From Hydrolagus colliei (Eukaryota): DNA of 64,000 nt. This document shows, one piece after another, positions 28,201-41,016 of this stretch. The position numbers were made by a program, and so were the translations under genes. Every line of letters begins with the position of its first letter. Within the stretch, counting starts at the first letter, position 1. The DNA is taken from the NCBI GenBank assembly GCA_035084275.1, contig CM068749.1:13392001-13456000 (forward strand), read 5' to 3'. Under the pieces are notes generated by a model, which did not search any database, was not told where the DNA came from, and was given only the letters and a program-made list of their open reading frames with translations.

Positions 28201-31200
28201 ACACTCAAAGAGACAGGAGCATTTTGTTTAGATCAGCAATCTTATTTGATGCACAGTAAACCTCACTGGAGTCATATCAGTTGGGACCATATATTTAATA
28301 TGGCATGAACAAAGTATGAATGATATCAAACTTGCAAAAGGCATCAGATATATGATTTTGTAAAGTTATGTACTCTATGCTGTTATACCTAATAATCATA
28401 TCATCTTCCGCAGCAGCTATTTTCAATAACAATCTTTTAATTGTTTGAGTTTATGACCTATCTAACTGGCCTCTTTGTTTTTCCTCTGTCTATTTCCAGT
28501 GCCTTGTGTTCCCCAGAATGTTAGAGCTCATCAGGACTGTGCCATTAATACTGCTTCAGTATCGTGGAATTCCAGTGCGGGGGCTCTGTCATACACGGCA
28601 ATGATAAAAAGGAGCGATGGTGTAATCCTTCTCTGTAACACCACAGGCGTAAACTGTGAAATCGCAAATGTACCTTGTAACCAGGCATATTCTGTAACAG
28701 TGAAAGCATTTGGTGAAAGATATGGGAGTATGCCAAGCTCTGTCTTCCACCTTGAGACAGGTAAGATACTAATACTGAAAAGCAAGTATTTCTGAGAACT
28801 TATTGGTGTTATTATTCAAGTCCAATAGAATAACAAAAACTATTTTCATGTTTTAGCAACTTTACAATAACAGTTTATATTTTTTATATTTTATAAATGC
28901 TTCCATTCAGTATAACGCCTTATCATGTATTCAAGACATTTCAAAGCACTTCACAGGATAAACTGTAAAGTGAATTGACTGTGTTTTGCTGTTGAAACAC
29001 GGCTACCACACAGCAATGTCCCAAAACAGCCATGGAGTCAGTGACGCATTTGAGGGATTTTATTTGGGGGAATGTCGGCCTGGACACCGGGAAAAACTCC
29101 CGTTTCTTTTTGAATAGTGCCAGGGCATCTGAGGGATGGCACGTACAACAATGCACCCCACCCCGTCACGAACTGCATTAGAGTTTCAGCTTAGACATTG
29201 TGATTCCGTGTCGGGCTTGAACCTACAATCCTATGACTGAGAGCTTTGCCGCTGGGCCAGACTGATGCATGTTTACATAGCACTCTTGATGCGGGGTAGA
29301 GTATCTGAGTACTTTACACTGTACTTTAGGCAAAACACAAAGCTGCTGTTGAGAAACACTCTATGAAGTTAGGAAGCTTACACTTGTATTTTTTAGCGTC
29401 AGAAAACTTTATTGTGTAAAGCTTCCACCCTTTTATTAGAACGCAATGCAATTATTCTTACATTTGTTAATTTCTCTCCCCGTGTGTCACATTGAATCAG
29501 ATTTGAATTGCATGACACAGAAGGTGTCCAGCTATTTGAACTGTGACAACAATACTGTCTTCATGTCATGGGAAAAGAATAATGGAATCAAATCATACAT
29601 GATAAGAGCAGAAGGGAATCTCGGACACACAAGCTCACTGAGCACAGTGGGGACAAGCGTTGAATTCACAGACCTGCAGTGTGGCCAAGAGTATCACCTA
29701 ACCGTAAAATCAGACAATGCAGCATGCAGCAACTCTCAAGGCTCAGAGATTATGACTAAAACAGGTACTGTAACAACCTTGAAACACTTCGCAAAGCACA
29801 TACAAATTCATTGACTATTATTCTTCAATGTAGAACCGTTCACCTCATCAATCGTGCACTTGCTGTTTTGGTATTTTCTTAAACTTAATGTTTGGTACAT
29901 ATCAATGAACATGAGTCTTGAAAATGTGGTGATTTCAGACAGACAGGTATGTATATATTTGTGCTGCAACCTCTCCTTTTACGAACATTTCTGTTGCGTG
30001 CACTTACAGCAAACGTGTAAATAAAACCTGACAATAAACACAACCCTTGTCCACCACACATTTTACCCAGCCTTTTCCATTTGTAATTCCACCTGAATTC
30101 GGGAAGGTAGCTGAGCCATATCACTTACCTTTCTTTGGGTCGTGCTGCTCGCATCCTGTCAGCAGTTGACAGGAGCACCTGCGGAGGTGAGAATTAGACA
30201 TTGACATAATATTTTACTAACCAAGAGATGAGGATCACAAGGTCAGACCAGACTATCAGATGAATAAAGACTTGCAGCCCATTTGATATCTTGTTTCCGG
30301 AATGTCAAACCTACACTCTTACTGTTACAGTTTCAAGCTGTTTCATTAAATAGTCCATCAAGCTGGACTCATCCATCCCATCTGTTAACCTGTTTCAGCA
30401 GTACATTTTGCTCTGTGACCTTCCTGATATCTGTCCTAAATTGCTCTTCACAAACCTGAATCTATAATAATCTATCTTCGAGTCCAATTATAGTGCAGTA
30501 TTTGAATAAATTGTTCTGTGGTTACTTTCTCAATCCTATTTTATTTTATTTTCATCTATAAGGTCGTCAGATTTCTGTTTTCATGGATAAAAAGCCCTAT
30601 TGATCTAGTTGTTCCTCAAAGCTCATCCATCTAACATAAAGTTTGCTGCTCTCCTCTGCATAGTCACAAGGACCTCAACAAAACTAATCGAACTACACAG
30701 TTGATATGAGTGAAAGTAGCTTGTGGATTTAGATAAACTTGAGAAATGAATGTTATAATTTTGTGCGCGCAGAAATCAACTCCTACTGAAGCCATGTTCA
30801 CTGGAAAGGATGATTTGTTTTAGTTTATTTCTCAAAGATTTATTTCCCAAAGATAATTGTTTAACTTTCCTCTGTCCATTCGCAGTGCCATGTGTTCCCC
30901 TGAACGTGAACGTTGATCTGGACTATGCCACTAATGATGCTTCAATATCGTGGAATCGTGGGGCTGAGGCTCTGTCATACACAGCAGTGGCACAGGGGAG
31001 TGATGAACACATGCATTCATGTCACACACCAAACACTAACTGTGAAATCACAGATCTACACTGTGGCCAGGATTATTTGATAACTGTAAGAGCGTTTGGT
31101 GAAAAGTGTGGAAGCAGCAAAAGCTCTGACTTCCACCTTCAAACAGGTACGACATTAACACACTCAAAGAGACAGGAGCATTTTGTTTAGATCAGCAATC

Positions 31201-34200
31201 TTATTTGATGCACAGTAAACCTCACTGGAGTCATATCAGTTGGGACCATATATTTAATATGGCTTAGACAAAGTATGAATGATATCAAACTTGCAAAAGG
31301 CATCAGATATATGACTTTGTAAAGTTATGTACTCTATGCTGTTATACCTAATAATCATATCATTTTCCGCAGCAGCTATTTTCAATAACAATCTTTTAAT
31401 TGTTTGAGTTTATGACCTATCTAACTGGCCTCTTTGTTTTTCCTCTGTCTATTTCCAGTGCCTTGTGTTCCCCAGAATGTTAGAGCTCATCAGGACTGTG
31501 CCATTAATACTGCTTCAGTATCGTGGAATTCCAGTGCTGGGGCTCTGTCATACACGGCAATGATAAAAAGGAGCGATGGTGTAATCCTTCTCTGTAACAC
31601 CACAGGTGTAAACTGTGAAATCGCAAATGTACCTTGTAACCAGGCATATTCTGTAACAGTGAAAGCATTTGGTGAAAGATATGGGAGTATGCCAAGCTCT
31701 GTCTTCCACCTTGAGACAGGTAAGATACTAATACTGAAAAGCAAGTATTTCTGAGAACTTATTGGTGTTATTATTCAAGTCCAATAGAATAACAAAAACT
31801 ATTTTCATGTTTCAGCAACTTTAAAATAACAACACTTTCGCCCACAAATATACGGTCAATTTTCCTACTCTTCTTCATCCTGCCCCGGCCCCTCCCTCCC
31901 TGTTCTTGTCTCTACTTAACTGTACAGCGCCTTGGGATGTCCTCTCGATGTGAAAGGCGCTATATAAATGTAAGTTTTGATTTGATTGATTGAACACTTG
32001 CATCAGATATATGGCCTTATCGGATCTTCACAGTGCTTCACAGGAATTTCTGGAAAGTGATTTGACTCTATCTTGTTGGGAGCCAGTTGCACTGACGGAT
32101 GGCACTTCCGACAATCCCCCTCCCACTCACCAAATTGCATTGGAGATGAACTTAGACTATGTGATTCCAAGTTCCAATGTAGGGCTTGCACACAAAGCCT
32201 TCATACTCAGAGGCGGGATTGCCACCACTGAGCCAGAGTGACATACCTTGATATGGCGCTCCTTATTTGGGGCTAGAGTCTCTGATTGCTGTAAGTTGTA
32301 CTTTAGATAATATACAAAACTGCTGTTGAGGAAAACATAGGGAGTTTACATCCTATTTTTTTTTAGGTTAGTTTGTTATTCTGAAATGTTTCCACCCCTT
32401 TATGAGCATTCAATATAATTATTTCTTGCCTTTGTGTACTTTTTTCTCCTCTCCGTGTGTCACACTGAATCAGCCTTGGATTGCCTGCCGCAGGATGTGT
32501 CCGGTTATTTGAACTGTGACGGTAATACTATCTCCGTGTCATGGGCAAACAATAATGGAATTGCATTATTCGTGGTAACAGCAGTAGGGAATCTTGGAAA
32601 CAGAACTTCACTCACTACCGCAGAGATAAACACTGACATCGCAGGTCTGCAGTGTGGCCAGAAGTATAATGTAACCATAAGATCAGCCAATGCAGCATGC
32701 AACAACTCTCAAGGCTCACAGATCATGATTAAGACAGGTATTGTAGTAACACCTAAACTTTTATTAACCAAAATAAATAATAATAATAATAATAATAAAA
32801 ATGACAATAGTCCTCACAGAAAGTGCTGTGACTTGTTTTTAGCAACATTCATTGCAAAACAATAACTATTGGTTCCAGTAATCTACACTGATTTTCCTAA
32901 TGATGTAACTACTATTTTGGTACATTCAATCTGTGTATAATGAGGTGTATAATTGCAGTTAATTGTTTGTCAATGTAGTAGATTTCCAAACATCTGAAAG
33001 CTTAAATCCCAAATTGATATTATTCATTCCATTCACCTTTGGGAACCATTGCCTCTATAAATGCTTCTGCATTTGGAAAGCCAAATTAGGAGGATCTGTA
33101 TATCTGTGTCTCTCCTATCAATCGCATCTGATTTTCAGATTCCTGGTCTCACCCAACCTCCTAATAATCAGTAAACCAGCTAGCTGTGTATTTGTTGCCA
33201 AAATTACCTTCCACAAATCTGAACCTGTGTGTGCCCTCTTACCCTCCTATCTTAGTGTTTCAAATGCAAATGCAAGGGTTCATCCGAAAGTACTTTTTGT
33301 TTTAGTTCTTTTTCTCATTTGGCATTCTATAAACTTCCATACTTTCTCTGAAAATATGTCTATTTTCAAGAATGATAGCTTATCTTGAGATTTCGCCGAA
33401 CTTGTGGCTCTAACACTGGGATTCAGTGCTGACACTCCCCTCGTGAATGCATGGTAAGAATTGATCAAACGAGGAATTAGATATTATGTGAAAAGGTAGC
33501 CAATTGATTTGAACAGTCAGGTTGTGAATGCATTGTATTACATGAGGTTACAGAGCTACTGAAGCCATTCTCGCTGGAAATGATCACTTGTTTTAGCTTT
33601 ACTTCCATTATACAGTATAATGCTTGCTTTATTTTCTCTGTCTGCTTTCAGTGCCATGCGCTCCTCAGCACGTGATAGCTCATCAGGACTGTGTCACTAA
33701 TACTATGTCAGTATCATGGAATTCCAGTGCCTGGCCACTGTCATACACAGCAATTGCAGAAGATATTGATGGAGTGAAGTATTCATGTAATACCTCAAAC
33801 AATAACTGCAAAATGACAAATCTACACTGTGGATATGAATTTTCTGTAACAGTAAGAGCATTTGGTGCAAAGTGTTCAAGCAACATAAGCTCTGCCATCC
33901 ACATTAAAACAGGTACGGCATTTAAAATGAGAAAACAAGTATTTTTGTGAGTGTAATTATGTTATTTATTATCAGGCCCATAGTAATAAAATGCCATGTT
34001 CAATGGTTTCATAGATTTCTTCCACACAATGTTCAACACTGTAATGGAAAACCTGACTCCATTTTTTTTTAATCGAGCAAGCAAAGTGTAGCTTAATACA
34101 AAAAAATGCTATTGTGACAATCAGCTCGTTTAGGAAATGCTCAATGGAATTATTTATCAATATTTTGTTTATTTCTCATTGTTTTGTGTATTTCTCACTC

Positions 34201-37200
34201 CCTGTGTCACACTGAAACAGTCATGGATTGCATGCCACAAGACGTAACCGGCTATTTGAGCTGTGACAGTAATACTGTCTCCATGTCGTGGGAAAACAGT
34301 AATGGAATTCCCTCATTCACGGTAACGGCAGAAGGAAATCATGGACACACAACTTCACTTAACACATCAAAGACAAATCCTGAGATCACAGGCCTGCATT
34401 GTGGTCAGAATTACAATATAATCATAAAATCAGCCAGTGTGGCATGCCACATGTCTCAGGGTTCAGAGTTTCATATTGAGACAGGTACTGTAACAACATT
34501 TAAGCTTTTAATATCGTCAAATGTTTAATTACTGTTTCAATTGTTTCCGTTTTTATTATACACAATAAACACAGTGAACGCACATCAGTTCGTCAGTTTA
34601 CAGTTCTATCCGTTCTAGGCATCCCTTGTTTGCACCCATAGCAAAGATACAAATAAAACCCATTATTAGTTCTTCGTCTTTCTCTGTAAATAATTTTCAC
34701 AGCCTGTTCACTCTATAATCGTTTACCCACATTGAAAGGCGGAGTGATGTGTTTTCATGAACTATTCCATGGCTCCTGCCAAACCTACTGTATCAAGAGA
34801 GAAGGGTCACAGCTGATCACAACAGGATTTGGAGTAATTGGTACAGAGCTCACTTGCCACTGAAACCTTGTTGGTGACAAAACAATCTATTGCCAATTTA
34901 AAAACATGGCTTGATTCTTCCGTCTGTTTGCAGTGCCATGCCCTCCGCAGAACGTGAACGCCCAGTTGGACTGCACTAGTGGGACAACTTTGGTGTCGTG
35001 GCATTCCAGTGATGGAGCTCAGTCGTATACAGCAGTGGCAGAAGGCAGCGATGGAGTGATGCATTCATGTAACGCCACAGGCACTGCCTGTGAAATCACA
35101 AACTTACAATGTGGCTGGGAATATTCTGTAGCTATAACAGCATTCGATGGAAAGTGTAGGAGTGAAAAAAGCTCTGCCTTCTACTTTCAAACAGGTACAG
35201 GATGAATTCTGAGAAAGCAGTTTAATGCTATAATTCATATTATTCAACATTATTTAACCATCGCACAGCTGCACGCTGTGCGATGGTTAAAAAATATATC
35301 ACAATCTTTTTGCAGTGAGATTTCATTTGGGTAATTTTTAAATTGCTGCTGCAATTTTTTGTTATAATTTGAATGATTAAACAATGAAAGTTGAACATTT
35401 TCTTTCTTTCTCTGAAACGAACAGTTCCATGCCCCCCTGAGAATCTTATTAGCAGCTCAGTGTGCCAGCCTCTGTCAGTATCGTGGGCTCCAAGTGCTGG
35501 AGCAGTGTCTTATTTTACAAGAGCGGAATCAAGTGATGGGAACACGGCATTCTGTAGCACGAGAAACACAGAGTGTGAATTCCCACAGCTGCAATGTGGC
35601 CACATTTACACCATCACAGCAGCGGCAATGAGTGACAAATGCAACAGTTCACAATCCTCCGGTTTGCAGTTCAGTACAGGTAAACCGAGTGTCCGTTTGG
35701 AACGCGTTTTGAGTAGAAACTGCCAGATCAATTCAGAGAAATATTCCTACAATTTGACTTCATGTGAATCTAGTGAGAGTGCACCTGGCCTAAGATATAC
35801 TCTCCTGATGCCTAACATGATTTATCACAATAATAATAAATAATAATAATCCTTTCATATAATGTACATTTCACGAGCTGAAGTAATCACATAGCACTTC
35901 ACAGAATATTTTTTGTGGCAAAGGAGTCGTGTGTCCTTTTTGGTAGAATCACCAGGAACACATTTGATGTAAGAAAACAATTTGGGGGGGAAATTCCCCA
36001 ACTTTTAGATCTACTCAATTACTGTAGTATTTTAGAGACTAATTTCTATATACTGTATTTCTTTTACAATAATAACAACAACAATCCATGGCATTTGATA
36101 TACAGTAGTTCCTGTACATTTACAGTAGTGACTGTACATTTTGTAGGCAGTCTACAAACTCCTACTGATAAGAACTACAGAAAACTGACATCAAAGTTAC
36201 AACCGAATTCAACAACTTGCCAAACACTGGTGTGAGGATTGGGTTTGTTTTGGGAGTAACATCTGTGGAAACTGTAGAGCAGGTCATTCGGTGTCCTTTT
36301 GCCAGATGGTGGCAGATGAGTGAAAAACGGGACCAAATTTCATACAATTAGAAAATCTCCTTCTTAGCAGTTCTTGTCCTTCCCTCTCTTCCGTAACAAT
36401 TTCTATTTCCTGCCCTAGAGCCATGTGCTCCCCAGAATGTCGATGCTCTCCTCGATTGCCAGGATAATTCAGTGTCGGTGCAATGGTATCGTAGCATCGG
36501 TGCAACATCATACATTGCAACAGCGAAAGGATTGGATGGTTATCAAGCATTGTGCAATTCATCCAGCGCTGACTGTGACATTACAGAGCTAGGCTGTGGG
36601 CAGTCTTACAACATAACGGTCATGGCTGTGGATGGGATGTGCAAAAGTGTCCCGAGTTCAAGTTTTGAAATCAAAACAGGTAACTTTGTTCACTTTACTA
36701 TTCAATGTAAATTCCACCGAAGTGTTAAAATAGCACGGAGCTATGCGCATGATATATCATAAATAATAAGATAAAAAATAAAACATAACAAATGTTAACA
36801 CAGTACTGCAATAGGTAGTTTGCATTTAGCACAATGTTGAATGCGTGCATTTATTCACATGTACAGTTGTTTTTCAGGATCCATGGAAACTAATATGTGG
36901 TAATCATAAAGCTGACACTGTATGCATTAGTTCAATCCAGACCTGAAGTCACATCTAAACTGGAGTGGAATTGAGCCCAAATCAAGATTTAGCAAGAAAT
37001 AAACTCTGATGTTTTTCTCTATCAATTGTGAAATTAAAAGTCAAAATTGAGTTGAATCTTGCGTAGGATTTACATCATATTTGACGCTGATCGATGTGAG
37101 GATGTGAAGAGATATTCCAACTCACTAATCGCTTTAACAATCAAAGGCTGGGATGAATGAGCGGAAAATACTCTGTAGCCAACAGTAGCAACTGGTCAGT

Positions 37201-40200
37201 AAGTTTAAAAAGTCAATTAGAGCATGATGATTTAAAAAGGAATAGTGAGATCCAAAGAGTGAGCAGGAGAAACATCAGTCATTGGAGAAGCATCAATTAA
37301 TCAAAAAGCTACTATAGGCTTCTGTCTTCGTTGGCCCACAAATGTAACATACACAGATATAAAGATTATTCCTTTTCAAGACACTTGAGAATTTCCAAAA
37401 GTTAGATCACTGAATCACTAATAAGCCAGGACACACAACAATCAAATGCAGCCTTTTTGATACTTTGAGAATAAACTATGGGTTGGATTTTTTATTCTGA
37501 ATTACAGATCCTGACACTTTTTATTCACATTTCAGCACCATGCAAACTTCAGAATGTCACAACTCATCGTGACTGCAAGACACAAACTGCAATGGTATCG
37601 TGGGATGCCAGCGAAGGTGCAGTGACGTATGTAGCAACCGTTGAAGCAGGCAATGGGTTCAGCGATTTCTGTGTCACGACTGACGAGAGATGCGAATTCA
37701 CAACTCTACCCTGTGGCCAGAAGTACAATGTCACTGTCACAGCCCAGAATGACAGGTGCAACAGCTCTGAGTCTGGGTATATGGAATCAGGTAATTCTGA
37801 AAGTCTACAATCCATTCAGAGCTATGAAAACAAGTTTTATAATAATATAAATAATCCTTGCATTCGATAGAGCGCCTTATCATGTCTTCGAGGTGTCTCA
37901 AGGCGCTGAACAATATACTGTAAAGTGTAATAACTGTGCATTTTGTGGGTGAAATGTGGCAGTCAGTTGCACACAGCAGTGTCCCACAAACAGTCATGGA
38001 TTTTTCTTTGAAATTCTTTTGAAGGGATTATATTTTCCAAACTGGTGTGGGGTGGGTGGTTAAATGATAAATACTATTTATAGAATCTTTTTATATACCA
38101 ATTAAAGTACTGTGCAGGGTGGTTGTAAATTAGTTATGTGAATAACTAATTTTGAGGTGGTAGCATCAGCATTAATGCTTTAATATAATAGTTTGTATAT
38201 GAGGATTAATGCTTTGATATAATGATTTGTCCCATAATAGTTTCTGAATGAGATCTAGGCATGAAAGAAAATTTTCAGCTTGATATAGACAAAAGTGTTT
38301 TTGAATGTTGTGTTGCGAATCAATTATTATTTTGACCACAAAATTATTATTTTGCTCTTTTTCTTTCTGAAGCACCTTGTGCTCCGATGGACGTGACAGC
38401 AAATATAAAGTGTGAAGTGAATGAGGCATCAGTGACTTGGAAACCGAGTGATGGAGCGGAAATGTACATCGCAACAGCAGTTTCAAATAAAAGGCACAAA
38501 ATGTGGTGCAACACAACAGGAACGTCTTGTGATATTAAAGAGTTACAATGCGGGCGGACGTACGACGTATCTGTTAAGGCGCTGAAAGAGAACTGCGGAA
38601 GTAGCGACAGTATGAGCATTCAACTTCAAACAGGTGGGTATTATTCTGAAATAAACGTAAATAATTAACCAGATAATTCAACAAGTTGTACTACGTTGAG
38701 ACGTACTATCCTGTATAGAGCAATATGTCCTATTAATGAAGGTGTCCTTGGGACGTCTTCCTGATGTGAAAGGTGATATACGTAGGTAATTTTTGTTTTT
38801 TGTTGTTGTTGTGTTCCACATTCAAACAAAGTTGAAACAAATGACAATAATAATTAAAATAATCCTTTCTTTGATGAAGCAAATTTCACACTAGGAGGAC
38901 ATCTCAAAGCGCACATTTTGCACATACATTTAATACATTTTGTGTGGGTTTTTTCAGCACCGTGTATTCCACAGAATGTTGAAGCTACTCTGGACTGTGA
39001 AATCAACAGTGCTTTGATTCATTGGAGACCTGCTGATGGAGCAGAGATGTATTCTGTAACTGCTGAAGGGAACGATGGGCATTTAGTGTCATGCAATTCA
39101 AGCCAGGCATTCTGTGACATTCAAGAGCTACACTGTGGCCAAGAGTATATCATCAAAGTAAAAGCTATTAATCAGTATTGTGAAAGTCCACAGAATTCCA
39201 GCTCGAACGTTAATTCAGGTAACACTTTAGTATGAATCAATTGTAAAATTCAATGCTTAAAATCTCATTCCTCAGTGTAATGTTTGCAAAACTACAGGCC
39301 ATATATGAGATTTAATCTAATCATTTATTCCCCTGCTTGTGCAGGACTGTTTCAGTCCTGACTCTTTTTACACATAATAATTATTTCTTTATAAATGCAG
39401 GTGAAGCAAATTTAACTCACCTCACTTAGCTTAATATTTTTACACACATTCAACTAACTTATTGTAATGTCCCTAAGTAAAAGATAAACGTATAAATTTT
39501 GGAGCAAGTTGTTTTTAAAAAAAGAATGAAGACCATATACCGGTAATTGGAGAAGTAGTTTTTAATTTGGATTGTACAGTTGATAAGTTATACTTTGCTA
39601 AAGTAAAATATATGCTATATTTTTACATCGTAATTCTTGATATTCTTTTAAAAGATGACATGGTTAATGTTTTATTTGAGCTTACTCTTTTGCATGCTCT
39701 TGCCCAACCTACATGAAGTATGTTTCACATCATGGAAATGATCACCAATAAATTTATTAGCCATTTTCATGTACAGAACATAGTTCACTGTAATGAATGA
39801 GAAACAATAATTTACTATAATTGATTGTGATTTACAATTACTCAATTTACTGTGTTCTAGGGCACTTGAATGTAATGGCAAAAGAGCAGCATTCTTTAGA
39901 AATAAAGAGTTCAGGATATAGCAGTTAATGCAAAATTACAGTTTACTTATGGTCATTGCTTTATACAGCTGTGATTTTAGTCAGTACTTTACCATGTGTT
40001 GACAAAAACTAACAATATCCTGTTGAGCTGACTCAGTTCAAGCTTCCTGCTATGAAGTGAAGTCATGGTAGTCACATAGTTGGGAGATGCTTTGATCTCC
40101 CAGGTAGACTTGTATGTGAATCGGCTCAGCCACCTGAAAGAGCAGGGACATTTAATGAAGCAAAATTAAATATGCTTGAGGTTAACAGGAGATGTCTAAA

Positions 40201-40982
40201 TTGTTTCTACATTTGTGTTTTCAAACATGCAGCACCCTGCACCCCACTCAATGTCACTGCGGTTCAGAACTGCAATAGTAACTCTGCCACCATATCGTGG
40301 GAGAAGAGTGGAGGAACAAGCTCTTACGTTGCAACAGCAACATCGCAGGTTGGAGATGTATATTGGTGCAACACAACAAATACAGCGTGTGAAATTACAG
40401 AACTGCAATGTGGCCAGATATATAACGTTACTGTAATGGGACAAGATGAAAACTGCCATAATGCACAAAGTGACTCTTTTGAAATGCAAACAGGTATATA
40501 ATATGACAAAGAATATTTATTTAGTCATTTAAATTTAGAAAGTTATGCTATCTTTCAAATAGCTATAGATTATTTTCAAAATGTCAATGATGAATTGTGT
40601 GCTCTTTGTCACCATAAAGTGTTCCTAGGTATAATCAGAGCCGGGAGTAAATTCAATGCATTGTTAAGAATGGGTCAAATAATGCGATACATTTCCCTTA
40701 ATATTTAGCACCCTGTATCCCACAAAATATTGAAGTACATCTCGACTGCACTACAAATAGTCTATCTGTGTCATGGGAAGAAAGTGCTGGGACAGCCTTG
40801 TACACAGCAACAGCAGAAGGGAGCGATGGACACTTGCACTCCTGCATGTCAGCCAACAACAGCTGCGAGGTGGAAAATCTTCACTGTGGCGGGGTTTATA
40901 ATGTAATAGTGGAAGCATCAAATGAAGAATGTCATAGTTCGACAGGCTTCGGTGATGACATCCGAACAGGTATGCACTCTTT

Positions 40983-41016
<34 letters not shown>

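Larger units (their letters stand above)
27885..28872 (+). repeat. Near-identical duplication, copy 1 (M15, intron, M16)
   Basis: Matches 30838-31831; both exon pairs are offset by exactly 2959 nt. Confidence 0.92.
30838..31831 (+). repeat. Near-identical duplication, copy 2 (M18, intron, M19)
   Basis: Matches 27885-28872; M19 protein identical to M16. Confidence 0.92.
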
